Source of the DNA: the human T2T-CHM13v2.0 reference genome, Homo sapiens
Assembly (NCBI RefSeq): GCF_009914755.1
Contig: NC_060930.1
Length of the DNA: 64,000 bases
Direction: 5' to 3' (one strand)
The position numbers were made by a program, and so were the translations under genes. The stretch's first letter is position 1, and the number at the start of each line of letters is the position of its first letter. Of this stretch, positions 1 to 15,682 are shown piece after piece. A model generated the notes under the pieces. That model was not told the DNA's origin. It saw only the letters and a list, made by a program, of their open reading frames with translations, and did not search any database.

Positions 1-214
1 TCTCCTGAAATCTGATGGTTTTAAAAACAGGAGTTTCCCTGCACAAGCTTTCTCTTTGCCTGCTGCCATCCATGTAAGATGTGACTTGCTCCTCCTTGCT
101 TTCCGCCATGATTGTGAGGCCTCCCCAGCATGTGGAACTGTAAGTCCATTAAACCTCTTTTTCTTCCCAGTCTCAGGTATGTCTCTATCAGCAGCATGAA
201 AATGGACTAATACA
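1..214 (+). mobile_element. THE1A/B MaLR LTR, 3' part (cut by window edge)
   Basis: GATTGTGAGGCCTCCCCAGC...CAGCAGCATGAAAATGGACTAATACA terminus. Confidence 0.9.
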
Positions 215-479
215 CTTTGTTTCTCATTTTCTCTACCATATTGAACTATGTTTGTATAATGTGAGGGTAAATAAACATGAGTTTCAGGAATAAAAGGGAT
301 CAAAAACTTGAATTCCCTCATATTTGTGTTTAAGATCCTATCACAGGACATGGAATCTTAGAAAGTGAGCCAACACAGGAAAAGTAATGGAAAGTTCTAG
401 AGTAAGCCTTATTCAAAAGACTTAGCCAACAAACAGATCAGAGTAGGTGGAAAGAGAAACAAGGGTTAGGAGGCTTTCA

Positions 480-1100
480 GGAGAAAGAAGAGTGAAAAGA
501 GGGAGGGAGAGTGCAAACAGATACTTAGATGTGTTTGATTATTTGAAAGACTTTACAAAGCATTTGACAAGTTTTGATCTCAAAAAAAGTTTAAAGACAT
601 ACATAAAAATAAGCAAATAAAAAATTGTATAATTATTAACTTCAGGAAAAACAAAAAGTTGTACAAGAAATGAAATCTAATAATACATGACATGGCTTGA
701 CAATAAAAATAATTTACCTACTCATAAAAACATAAAAACTGTCAGATAATTAACTGAAAATATAATTCAATTGAATGAATGAGTTAGTCACGGGAAGAGT
801 TGTAGACAAGCTAAATCCTCAACTACCATTAAAGAAATGTAAGAGATATTGACTCAAACTAAATACTCAACACTATAAGCACATTTCTTAGAAATATGGA
901 GGTCACCACCTGAAGTTAACAGCTAGAAAAATTTGAAGTGATTGCTTCTGGGCATAGAAGGGTAGGGAGTGGGTGTCCAGTGGGAGGGCTAAACCCAGGG
1001 ACTCCACGTAGAGTGGAGAAATGAATAGATGGAAAGTGTTGTTGTTGTTGAATTATGAACATATATTACTTTGTTTTCAAATATTGATTTTTAAAAATGC
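480..1100 (+). mobile_element. Old L1M (L1MC4/5-like) 3'UTR fragment
   Basis: A-rich; ctaaatcctcaactacc and aatatggaggtcaccacc...gtgattgcttctggg motifs. Confidence 0.5.
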
Positions 1101-2622
1101 AAGAAGTTACTCTTTAAAGTCTTATTAGTGAGTCTCATAAATAGAGCCTTTGACTAAAGAAAATCAGCAGGACAATATGGCTATCCTGGGAGAGAGAACC
1201 TAAGTAGTGTCTGCTGTCTTCTCTGTGTTATGAGAACATCTCTCACATTCCATTTCCTCTCTTAGCCCCTTTTGACTTCTCTTCCCATCTTTGCAATCTT
1301 CGCCACCCTAAGGGTCCCTGAAAGGTCACTGTACTCTAAAATTGGAATAAATCATTGCTTTCAAAGGGAAATAATCAAATGCAAGAGGGAAGGGAGTGGT
1401 GGTTCCAGATTCTACTCAAAATCCAACCACAGTTTATCCTAAATGGTGTCAGCCAGCAATAGGCTTTGTGCTGCTGCCGACAAATGCGGTTCTCTTAGGA
1501 CTACTGGGTGATAGTGACAGTGATGTTGCTGTGGTCTTCTCTGGCCATTCTGTCAGAGGAAGGGGTGTTGTTGGTAAAAAAACAGCCCAGCTCAGACAAT
1601 GCAGCAGCTGCCTTGACTAAGAATAGAATCTGTGTTTGATTTGAATTAGCCATTTGAAACAAGAGCAAAACAGCTCTGAAAGTAGTACCATCTGTTTTCC
1701 TTTAAGGCTGGGTCATAAATAACAAGATGAAAATATATTTCCTGTTCTGCATTTGTGACCTGAACTGCCTTCCACTGTGCTGTCACTGACCACTTCTGCT
1801 GTAAATGCACATGACATTAATTGGGCAGCTGTTGGCTATGAGGTGTGTAGACTTTGTTGTTGCTTTGTTTTGTCTTGTTTCCTAATCTCTATACTTATCA
1901 GGAGCTCCTTTATTTCACCTCTCACATGTTAAGCAAAAAAAAAAAAAAAAAGGAAAACAAAAAAACATAAAGAAGTTATTCTTTGTATATTTTTTAAAAA
2001 ACAACTCACACTCCAAATAGCGAAGTGATCAAAGAGTGTAAAACTGTGGCTGACAATTCCTGCATGGTAGAAGGATATCTTCCAAGTCAAGGTCAAAATG
2101 AATTAAGAGGTAAGGGAGAAGACAGGGAGATTATACAGCATTATTCACCAGGCTGGACTTCCTAATCCCCATAATATAAGAATGCAGAGAAGAAAGAAGC
2201 ATCAAGAACAGAGAGAAGATTCCACAAAAGCACAATTGTTCCTCCCATGGAGATCAGGACTCTGTCCTTGAGTCCTTCCAAGCTGGGCTCTGCACCAACT
2301 GTAAACTGTGATTGACCAGCACTTTCCTTAGTTATCTTTTTAACTGTCGTTCATACTGAAACAACTCTGGTTTTGTTTCCTCGATAACTCAAAGGGGAAA
2401 GGCTATGATGGCTGGTAGGCCATCCCCTTTTTAATGCTCAGCTTGGCTAGTTGCCAACATAGTCTACGAGGCATTTCAGATGACAGACATGCAAACATGA
2501 AACGCACCATAAAGGGCTGGGGTCTGTGCAGGTTTTAGATCAGCCAACCATGAAGGAAGCTGCACTTAACAGTGAATGTCTCCAGGTTATAATAACATGT
2601 TCTTTTAAGAAACAGTGTGGAG

Positions 2623-2806
2623 GGTAAGGGGAGGGAGAGCATTAGGACAAATATCTAATGTATGCGGGGCTTAAAACCTAGATGATGGCTTGATAGGTAC
2701 AGCAAACCACTATGGCACATGTATAGTTATGTAACAAACCTGAACACTCTGCACATGTATCCCGGAACTTAAAGTAAAATTAAAAAAATAAATAAAATAA
2801 AATAAA
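2623..2806 (+). mobile_element. L1PA7/8-like 3' end fragment
   Basis: GCTTAAAACCTAGATGATGG...GAACTTAAAGTAAAAT plus A-tail; TSD aagaaacagtgtggag / aagaaacaatgtagag (2607-2622, 2807-2822). Confidence 0.88.
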
Positions 2807-5217
2807 AAGAAACAATGTAGAGCCAAAGACAGACAAACAGAAGTGTTATGAGGCACATCCAGACGTTAAGAAAGGTGTTGCCTTGGAGACCTGGTACAAA
2901 TGCCGGGTCCTCGGGATGACGCTGCACACTTGACAACATGGAGCCCAAGCACAGCAGGGACCACACAATCATCGGCTGAGAGATCGTAATAGAGAAACAA
3001 GGTTGGGGAGGACCTGGTAACACCATGCTTGGACAAACACAAAAGACTCCTGATGAGTTTTCCTGCCTACAGGCTCTGCCTATCCAGACCACTCTGGACC
3101 ATGTTGACAGATTAATCTGTCTTTTAAAAAATGCTGTCAAGACAACAACTACAAAAAATCCAACCACCTCCATTCATTTCCTGTTTCTTCAAAATCATCC
3201 TTTCCTCCCAGTTTGTCCCCAGACCACCCCTTTAGCTGGTCTCCCATGGCTCACCACACTTCTGCGTTTGCTCCTTCCAAAGCCTCTGCTTATAATACAC
3301 AACTCTTGCCCCATTTCCATCGACTACATGAGGCCTCCCACCCATCCTTCAAGGCAGGATCTTACCTCACTTTTCCCAGAGTTTGCTCCACCACTCCAGC
3401 CATGGGAGCTCCATGGACGAACAAAAAAAGATCAAATATGCTTTGGAATCACCACATATGGACTCTTCCTTTTGGAGAGTTATTATGTAATTGTCACAGA
3501 AGGCTCTGAGAAGTCACACAGTGAAGAAACCTTTTGAATCTTTCTGGCTTGTGGTAGCTAAACATATTTGACCCCAGGACCGTGTGAATCATAACAAACT
3601 AGGGGCTTTTTTTTTTTTTAAGAAACCACTCAGGAAAGCACTGACTGAAACCCACCTCTTTCAGGAAATCACTCCTGAACACTCCATCCCATCACTCTAG
3701 CCCTGCTGAACTTAAGACATAGTGATTGTTCGCACTTCTGCTTCAGTACGTGAAATGTCTGGCCATCTTCTTATATATGTATGTCAAAATGATATTAATA
3801 GTAATCATAATAGATACAATTTAATAAGAACTAGTTACTTTCCAGGAATGAAACCTAGAAGTCATTTAACCAATGGTTATTCTTTACTACAAGGTCAAAG
3901 TAATTTCTCTATGCTGAATTTTCCTTTGTGTTGAGTTAAGAGAGTAGGATAGTAAGAGCCATGTGCCCTTCCTATTCACCTTTTGTCTGGTTTGGTTTCA
4001 TTTCAACATAAAAACTAAGTCTTATATCATTGGTAAAAGAAAAAGTACAAAGTTATATGCAATGGTTACTTTTTAAGATAAAGGAAAAATGAGAATTAAG
4101 AAAAGGACTTCAAAGTTAATTTACCAAAATCCAACTACATCCTTGACATGTGCTGACCTCAATAATGCATTAATTACAAAAGGATTAACACTTTTCTCCA
4201 TTGTAACAATGTAGTCCTCTGTCAATGGAAGGTGATAACAATATTTGCATTCATCCATTAGCATAGGATTCATAGATTATGAGAAAGGTCTTAACACTCT
4301 TCCTAAATGAAGTCAAGCATCCAGTGAAGGGACAGAGCTTCTTTCATAGTCTAAGAAGAAGAAACATTTTCAAACACTCAGCAACATCTTGCTCCCTGCT
4401 CTGCCCAAAGCTGCTAGGGGTGCTAGGAATGTGCTGACTGGCAGTATTTAACCTGTTTGCATGTAACTGGCTACACTGCATCAGCAACTCATTCTGATGA
4501 TACTGTACAAGACACTATTTTCTGCATTATACACTCAGCCTTCCCTTTTTCTGCTGCCCACTCAGATAACTGTCAAATTTCAGATTGGATGCAATGGCTC
4601 AGTGAGAGAGATAGAAATAAACGCTATTTCTTCCCTGAATGATTCAACATGTTGCAAGCATGTTGGACTGGAGAATACCATTAGCATGGTAAATTTTAGT
4701 TATAAACATTTAGAGTTATTTTTTTCTTAACTAAATTCCAACACCAACTCTACTACTGTCTATGCCTTGAAATAGGATTTTGTACTTTTTGTGGAATGAC
4801 ATGACTCTTTAAAAAATGTAGTAAATATAAGGATATTTGGGCCAGGGAAAGAAAAAAGGATTTATGAATAGTATACACACCCTCAGGGGAATTTTTCTTA
4901 CTCTTTCAAGTTTGTCCTCTCCTCTAGGTCAAGTCAGTAACACTGCCAAAGTCTTTAGAGGCATAAGAAAGCCTTTCACATGCTTATAACCTTGAAAGAT
5001 GAATAGAAGAATATCTAAGAACTTCCCTTAAAGGTTCATTGTTTTTTCTCTATGAAAAGGATATTTGGTTGAAAATAAAAGAGTTAATAAAAGTGCCAAA
5101 TTCTACCACATTTCTACCACTATTTAAACTAGTTACTTTATCGTACACACACTTCCTGAGGTTTGAGCTCTTAGGCAACGTGAAAGGACGTGGTGGCATC
5201 ATTTGATAGGCTTGGTT

Positions 5218-5835
5218 TGGTAGGCAGAGTACTCAGCTGACTCCCATAATTTTTGTCTCTTTGTGTCCCTTTTGCCCATGATTATGTTCTATTGCATGGC
5301 AAAAGACATTGTGTAAATGTAATTAAGGTCACTAATCAGCTGACCTTGAATTAATCAAAGGAAAGGTTATCTGAGAGAGCCTCAGCTAATCATATGAGAA
5401 CTTTACAAGCAGAGAGTTTTCACCAGCTGGTGGCAGAAGAGGAAGGCAGAGATTCAAAGAGTTACATGGGATTCAACATGAATGAAGTCCTCTGTTGCGG
5501 AGATAAGAGAACCATGCATAAGGACTTCAGTGTGTGCACTGGGAGCTGAGAGTGTCCCTTGGCCAACAGCAGGCAAGAAAATAAAGACTTCAATTCTACA
5601 ATCAAAAGGACCTGAATTCTGACAACAATCTGGATGAGCTTAGAAGGGAATTTTTTTCCAGAACCTCCAGGTTAATTCCAAACCCCTTGATTTTGGTCCT
5701 GTGAGACCCTAAACAGGGGACCCAGTTGTGTCTACCCAGATTTTTGATCTACAGACCTATGAGATGATAAATGGGTATTGTTTTCGGCTGTTAAATTTGT
5801 GGTACTTTGTTCCACAGCAATAGAAAATGAATCCA
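5218..5835 (+). mobile_element. MLT1E-like MaLR LTR
   Basis: gtaattaaggtcactaatcagctgacct...cagcaatagaaaatgaatcca. Confidence 0.8.
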
Positions 5836-5899
5836 CTTGATATTAATTGAGAACTGGTCTCCAAACTTTTTCCACTATTCTCCTGCTCAAAGTCTCCCT

Positions 5900-6290
5900 T
5901 TCAACCAAATTGTATTTAATGGCTCCTAAATATACCTTTTGCTTTCTCCTATTCTGTATTTACGCACATTATTTCACCATTCTGGAAGGCCCGTTTTCTG
6001 TTTAATCAACATCTTTGAGACCAACTCAGATGTCATGAATGAAAGGATCCTAATACAGCCTGCAGTTCTCTCTCCAAAATCGAGTACTCTTCACCTGTAT
6101 AATCTGTTGTCAATTAATCATGTCCCACTTTATGGTACATTTTCTATGTGGTCTGTATCCTTATTTTATTACTACCTAGTTTTTGTTAATTAGTGAGGAT
6201 CTTGAAAGCAAGGGCTCCTAATTTTTATGCCTCACTCTACCCTTTATATACCTTGCACATCACAGGCACCCAATAAATATTTGTTCAATT
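5900..6290 (+). mobile_element. L2 3' fragment
   Basis: Ends ggcacccaataaatatttgttcaat. Confidence 0.6.
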
Positions 6291-7081
6291 GTTTTGTTCT
6301 AAAGTATCTCTCTTCAATGTTAATGAGATTAAATGACACCAAAAGTCCAAAGAAAACCTTATTAGCCAAGCAGTAGGAATCTCAGCAGTGACCTGCCCCA
6401 CATTCTGCGTGGCCTTTAACTATCGTGAACCCTAAACACACTTAAACTGTCAAAATTAAAAATGTAACTGCAAAAACAAGATAATCACAGAAAATAATTT
6501 TTGCCAATTGATTTGTGCGACTTTCAATGACATTGTAAGCACCCAACTATTCCCTGAGCTGCCAATTTGCCTAGGAAGGGATGTTCTCCACAGACTGTAT
6601 TTACAAAGAATACACCATTCACAGGAATGTGCAGGAGAGGAAAAGCACCAGAGAAAATACAAAGAGTTTTGAACGAAATGCTGTTAACAATTAAGAATGA
6701 TCAACAGAACAGGCTTGAAGAGGCAAGGGCCGGAAGTTACTTGTAGCGTTGCAAACCAGGTAATTTGGTATAATCCCTTGAAATACAAATGGGGCTTAAA
6801 ATCCCAGCTTAGACATTTACTCAACTAAATGAACCTATTTTAAAGTTTCGGGGAAAAGCAACAAGAATATAATTTGGAAAAATAATGAGAGTCAACTTTG
6901 TCACAGCCCAGTGCCTCCCTCTGACGTTACCACCCAACCCCATAGCAACATGTTGTTCCACAACCGTCTGAAAATTAAACTTGAGCCTTAAAAATGTCAC
7001 TATCTATTTTTCTTTGTTTCTCAAAGGAAAATGTAAAATAAAAATCAATTTTACATGCATTTTATGTGCTCTCTAATATAT

Positions 7082-7600
7082 ATAGAATCATAGAATCTGA
7101 GTGCTGGCTGAGACTCTGGCAGGCTATTTTGTTTATTCTTCTACATTAGGCAGGCCCACACTTAATCCTTCCTTGATAGGAAAATCTCTATCATTTTTAA
7201 AGACTTTCAGAGAAGGAGATTTCTTAGACTCTCTCGAACCTACTAAGGTAGTTAATAACTTTTCTTATTATCTAGCCTAAATCCTTCACACTATGCTTAA
7301 GACTCATTTCGTCTTCTCTGACGTTCACTAGAGGCAGGAGAAAATTTATCACTCTCTTTCATATAAGAAATATTCATATACTGATAATAATTATGGCATC
7401 GGCTCTGCAATCTCCTAATGAAATATTCCACAGCTATTGTGCTTCTCTGCTAAACTTTCTGCAATTTCTCCTGCCCTCTTTTATCTATAAACCTCAAAAT
7501 GGTTGCCAACCTCTGTTAAGGATTTAATTACCTGATACTGAAATCTTTGATAGTTCTTGTATGTTACACCTTGGGCATCCATCCAGGGCCATATCTCAGG
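7082..7600 (-). mobile_element. L3/CR1 fragment
   Basis: tagaatcatagaatc start; agaaggagatttc and tatctagcctaaatcc motifs. Confidence 0.6.
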
Positions 7601-7780
7601 AATATAGGAGGAAATAAATCATCCAAGGCTTTCCTCACTCCAGCAAATAATTTTATGAAGATAATTTAGTTGAAATGAGTATTGAGGGCAGCTATGAAAT
7701 GTGAAAATAAGTCACAGAAAGGTTGCCTATATAGAAAAAAACCCTGAAAGTAAATATATCGCAATGTTGATAGCAGATGT

Positions 7781-8437
7781 CCCTGGATGATGGTGGAGCT
7801 ATGTGCATGTGTGATTTTTCCTTCTTTATACTTTTCTATATTTTCCAAACTTCTTGTTATATGTATGTGTTAATTTTCAATGAGAAGAGAGCATGTGTGT
7901 GTGTGGCAGGGATGGGGTGTATTGACTGAAAGGGGTAAGGAGGAACTGCCTGAGAGAGTTATAAGGAGGGGAGGTGGTAGATGATCAACTGAAAATTGCC
8001 CCTGTTTTAGCACTAAAAGTCTTGTATCTCAGGAAAGCACTCAGACCCAAGCTAATCTGGATAGTAGATCACCTCAGAAGTAAACAGGCTAGGGGACATT
8101 GTAGTTGCTGCCCATGGCAAACTAGGAATGGGAGTAGCGCCCAAGTCATTATTTTTCCCACCAGCATGCAATTTGGAAAGATGATGAAAGTCAGCATCAT
8201 CATTCACCTTTTCCCCATGTGAAGTTGACTTTCATTACTTTTCCACCTCCCTCCCTTATAACTTTCTCAGGCAGCTCCTCTTTATTCCTCACAATCCATT
8301 CCCTCCTTGCCACACACACACATACTGTCTACTCATTAAAAATTAACACCTACACATAACAAGAGGCTTAGAAAATGTAGAAAAATATAAAGGAGGAAAG
8401 ACCACACTATGCACACAGTTCCACCATCATTCATGGG
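7781..8437. repeat. ~197-bp inverted duplication (arms 7781-7977 and 8243-8437)
   Basis: Arms align as reverse complements at roughly 80% identity by eye. Confidence 0.9.
7978..8076. mobile_element. MER81-like hAT-Blackjack MITE
   Basis: tagatgatcaac...gttttagcactaaaagtc...gtagatcacctca with degenerate TIRs. Confidence 0.7.
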
Positions 8438-8635
8438 CTGCTAAGGACGCTTAAGTTTTGGTGACCCAAATGCATGAAAAGGTAGAAACGACTGTGTGTT
8501 CTGACCATTTTCTCTTTTTCATCGACAGAGCCACTTGCAGGTTTAGTCAAAGTAATAAGATCATTGTCGACTGGATCAGAACAGAAGATTCTAGGCTTGT
8601 TTTGCTTTTTATTTATGTAGTTTTTTCCTATTCAG

Positions 8636-8943
8636 GTCACAAGAACTCAGAAACACCAGGACCACAGTTTGACAGCCAACTTCAAGGCACAACTTTGGGT
8701 TGGCGTGTTGACTCTAGTACCTGACGTCGGTTTCTACCCACGGAGCCAGCTCTGTGAAAAACTGTGCCGCAGGGACACAGTGCTGACTTTTCACCGACCT
8801 CCACTCAGAACCAGCCTTCCCCTCACCAGGAACCTGGCGACTATCCTTGTTGCGGTGAGGAAATTGGTTTTTAAAAGTGTTTTGTGGTAACAGTGGATCC
8901 TTAGGAGATAGCATAATAACACTGGACAGGAGCAAGGTTTCAG
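8636..8943 (+). other. Candidate non-coding exon
   Basis: Acceptor ttttttcctattcag| and donor CAG|GTAAGG flanking CpG-retaining non-repeat sequence; no exon-spanning ORF. Confidence 0.3.
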
Positions 8944-9199
8944 GTAAGGCACACAAAGCTCAGACAAATCTACTGGCAAATTCACTCACTCACCTCTCAG
9001 CCTCCATTTACCTCCCTGGAACAGCAGTAATAACCATACTTAACTCCTAGGTGGTACAGTTACCTCTAATATCCCTGGAACAGGCAAAATACATAGAACA
9101 CATAATAAGCATGTGTGTGTACATGTGTATAAAATACATGTATATACACACACACCAGCCAGAAAAGAGCCATAGTAGGAGTCTTCTAGAATACTTCAT

Positions 9200-9490
9200 C
9201 ATTTCTTAAACACTTATCCAATGCTCACTGGAGGGCAGACTGGGCCAAATATGAGAATACAAGATGAATCAGACATGGCCTCTGTCCTCCAGGGGTTGAC
9301 AGTCCAGTCCAGGGAACAGGTGTATTCCCTGGACTGGACTTAACAGATGTATTCCCTAAGCAGGTCATTTCAGTACCATGCAGTCAGCTCTCCAAGAGCT
9401 CTCTCAACAATGAAGCACATGGGTAGCCAGTGTTCTGAAGACTAAGATGAGGGACACTTTACACAGCAGAGATGACCTTGGAACTCAACC
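9200..9490 (-). mobile_element. L2 fragment
   Basis: agatgaatcagacatggcctctgtcctcc motif. Confidence 0.6.
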
Positions 9491-9510
9491 CTGTAGATAA
9501 CAATTTTTAA

Positions 9511-9883
<373 letters not shown>

Positions 9884-9974
9884 TTATACTCATTTGTAGT
9901 CCCAATGCCACAAGATAAACAACTTTTAGCATTTTTATATCCTTCCAGAATGTTTCATATAAATACATATGTAA

Positions 9975-10372
<398 letters not shown>

Positions 10373-10527
10373 TTAAAAATTAAGTGCAACTTTTTAAATA
10401 GCTACATTGTATTCTACCATAATGCATGTATGCATATGTTGTCTAATCCACTCTTCTAACAGTTTCCAGCTGTTACACTGAACATTCCTAGTCCATAGGA
10501 ACTAGAAGATTTATTTAACAGGAGCAG

Positions 10528-10653
10528 TGGCTTGAACCTGGGAGGTGGAGCTTGCAGTGAGCCGAGATCACACCACTGCACTCCAGCCTGGGCGACAGAG
10601 CGAGACTCTGTCTCAAAAAAAAAAAAAAAAAAAAGAAAGAAAGAAAGAAAAAA
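10528..10653 (+). mobile_element. AluY 3' fragment with A/GAAA tail
   Basis: gaggtggagcttgcagtgagccgag...tctcA(n). Confidence 0.9.
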
Positions 10654-12314
10654 ATCAAAATAAGAGAAATGCGGTCTACAGTCTCTTTCAAACTTCTGCA
10701 ACCACAGCCCTGTCTGCACAGGACACCTGTTGACAGCTTGGAGATTACCAGCGCTCTGACCGTGACCTAGAGAAACGCCAGGCAGGCGCTCCCAACTTGA
10801 TTCCTTACAATGACAATACAAAGCAGCTAATTGACCTTGCCTGCAACAGAACAGGTCAAATACCAAACGGAGAAGAGCAATAAAGGAAATAAAGTCTTTC
10901 TGTGTCATCGTTCATCACACATTTCTTTCTACATTCTTACATCTCTGAAGCACGAAACCAGGACGTGTCTCAGAGTCAGTGGCATCTGACAATCTCTGTC
11001 TGCCTTATGGTAATTGCAAACGAGTTCTTACCATCCAACCATGACTGAACATCAGCAGTGTGGGGAAAAAAATCCTGAAAAAAGAGAGGCACACTCTTGA
11101 GTTCTGGTAAGAACTCAGAATCAGTTGGCCGTGGAAGACAGGTTGGGAGGGAGTGCCAAGAAGTGATCAGCCGCATTCCTGAACCACAGCACACTAGCTC
11201 TCCCCTGAATTCCAAAGCCAAGTAAAAAGCTCTGTGCCAATGGTCTTTTGCTACTTTATAGGTTCTTTTAAGAAATGATGAGTCACCAGTGTCTTCAATG
11301 TAATAGGTATCTACAAAATCATGGACATCAATGATGCTCAATGAAGAGTGAGACAGAAGAACTGAACTCTTGATGTAAAGAAGCTTAGGAATACTTTAAC
11401 CCACCTTAGGAATACCTTACCCAACCAACCTTGAAATTTTCCCAGTCCTCAGACAGCATGAGGCTGTCACAGAGGCAAACCTTTCCAACCAGCTTAGTCC
11501 CATTTACCTTCCTTGTTCTTGTAGGCGTAAGAGTGACCAATGATAAAAACTTGTGTCTAAGTTCAAACGGTTCTTTCAATAAGCATAAAATAAAATCAAA
11601 ATGATAAGAAAACTTTAGATCACAGCTTAATGGGCAGTGATTTTTCCTCCTTCATGGTATCTAAAATGACGGGGCATTTAAACTCAATTGTGACTTGGAA
11701 TTAATAAAATGGGTAACTGGCTTTTAAAAAGAGTATTTTACCCAATTCTCTCTTTCTCTCTAAAACATTTTGGATTTTATTCTTGAATAGCTAAAATTCC
11801 CAAGGAAATTCAATTCACTTCCTTTAGAGTAAAATTTTGAGAACTGCCCTTGGTTACCTTATTCTTTAAGGTCTCGGAATTGTCACTCTGCTCTTGCTGA
11901 AAGTGGCAAGCCAGCCACCTCCTAAAGCAAATCTCCATAACAGGCTTTCCTCAAGAACAAGGCTTTGCCTTAGACCAAGTCTCCAGAGAAAATTTGGCCT
12001 CTTCTAAGTTTGTGTTTTCCTCTGCAATTCTCTTTTTATAGTTGAAGCTAGTGGTAAGGTCATCCAGCCTCAGCTGGTCTCAATTATACCCCTCTGTCTG
12101 AAGCAGAGGCTGGGGGACACCCAGCACTGTCTCTGGCTCCTTCACTTCCCCTCTATGAAATGACAGAATTCGATAAGATATTTTCCAGGTCCCTACAGCA
12201 TTAATATTCTATGCTTTATGTTGACTTCTCAAAAAGACCAAAAGTATTGGTATTTCCTTTGTATTGTATACAAAACAAGTATATTATATGAAATTAACCA
12301 TTTTGCCTTAATAA

Positions 12315-13108
<794 letters not shown>

Positions 13109-13830
13109 TGTTTTTTAAAATTATTTATTTTTTCATCCTGAAAGTAACCAGATGTGCTAGGTCTTAACAAGATTCCTAAATTGAGATGGGCAGTGATGAT
13201 GAAGTTAACTATTAATGTTATCTACAGCTCCTAGACTACAAGGCTGTGAGGTCAAGTTCATATTCTCTTTGTTTGCTGTGATATCCTGAGCACAGAACAT
13301 GGTGCATAGTACATAAGCATAAACAGCTATTTACTGAAGGAAGAAATTAATGACTCAATAGCATTGGGAAACAGGAAATGAGGGAAAAATTAATTTTTAC
13401 ATGCCTGCTACATATGTACATTTTATACCACTGCAAATAAGTACAGATAATTTAATTAAACTAACATTCTTCTAAACTTTCTCTCCTCCAGCACACATTC
13501 TGAAATACAGAAACAACACTTGCATTTTTATTGATCATAGAGCAATGGGTGATTGATATTGAAATCTGTAGGATTACTTGTAGTATACATGCACATGCAT
13601 CTTTTCAATCACTGATTATCAACCAGACAGCCTCAACCATAGCAAAAGGGGAGTCGTAATCTAGATATTTGAAATCTTTTTTTTATTTTTAATTTTTGAA
13701 GACTTAGCCTCTTGAGAGAAACTTTGAAGAAAACATTGAATGGAGAGATAGGCCTTTAAATACCAGGATTATCACTCCCTAAAATAGATATGTCGCAGAC
13801 TCCCCAAACAATGATGGGAGATGCTCTTAG

Positions 13831-14158
<328 letters not shown>

Positions 14159-14736
14159 TGAAAAATTACTCTTAAGGAAGACAAAGGTAAAATTCTTGAG
14201 AGTCTTGTGACAAAGGAGAAATGAGCTTTTGGGTGTGGTACAGGGAAATAGAATCATATAGCCTCTAACAGTCCCCCAGAGGTATCTCAGAGGAAACGGG
14301 AAGCCTGTTCCTAGATGCCTGCACCCTTGTGAGCAGACAGAGGAAGGAACACAGCAACAGCTTCAGTTGCCCAGAGCCTGTGGGGATGATAAGAACAACA
14401 GGACAGTGTGGGGCTGCCAGGTGACCTAGCAAGAAAGGAGGAAATGGCAGGGTTTGAATGCCTATGCCTTTACTGGTTTGGGGCTCTGAGACAAGAGGCC
14501 CACTGGCATTTGGATTCGGGGTCTTGTTTATCCCTGGTTTTAGTATGCCTTAGAAAGGGAAGAATAATAACACTGAAGTTACTTAATATTTGAGATATAC
14601 ATCCAAATTCTTACTATCTTCCCTAACTAGTTTGCTGAAATCCCAGAATTCTAATAAAAATTAGTATTCTTAACCAAAATTCATGAAATTCATCCACCAA
14701 ACTAATCTGGAAATTGTCAGGACAAGCTTCTTATCA

Positions 14737-15190
<454 letters not shown>

Positions 15191-15682
15191 GTTTGAATGA
15201 GGAAATGCTGTTATCTATCACAACAACAGAAGTGTACACCTTAGGTCTATGCTTTTATGATTCTATGCATTATCCCAATGTATTAGCTAATAATAAGCAC
15301 CACACTATACATTTTTGTCAGGTTGGGTAATTTAATTGGTCATATGTGACTAAATATTATAAAGTCAAGTGATAAATTACAACCTGATACAATCACTCAA
15401 ATCATCTTCATAGATCACAGAGTTATATATTCAATACATGAATATTCAAGAACATAAAACTAGTAGCACAATTTTTCACAGTATGAAGTTATTTGGTGGG
15501 GTCAGGGAGAAGTAGGAATAAAGACTTATTTCATCCAAGCATTCTAATACTTATTTGTTCTGAAGAAAAAAAATGCAACTGCTGTATTGCCATTATTTGG
15601 CAGGAGTTTAGAATGTCTATTTTTACCATTCTTTCATTGAAGGAAAGTTGGGTAGGGGAAGAGATACAAGCTAGGAGCATTG

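Noticed and set aside
3025-3537. 170-aa ATG-initiated ORF
   Set aside because: No recognisable domain, overlaps L2-like sequence, composition typical of random non-coding translation
10976-11341. 121-aa minus-strand ORF and a possible 43-nt minus-strand exon (11032-11074)
   Set aside because: Non-ATG start, no known protein similarity; splice-like pairs arise frequently by chance
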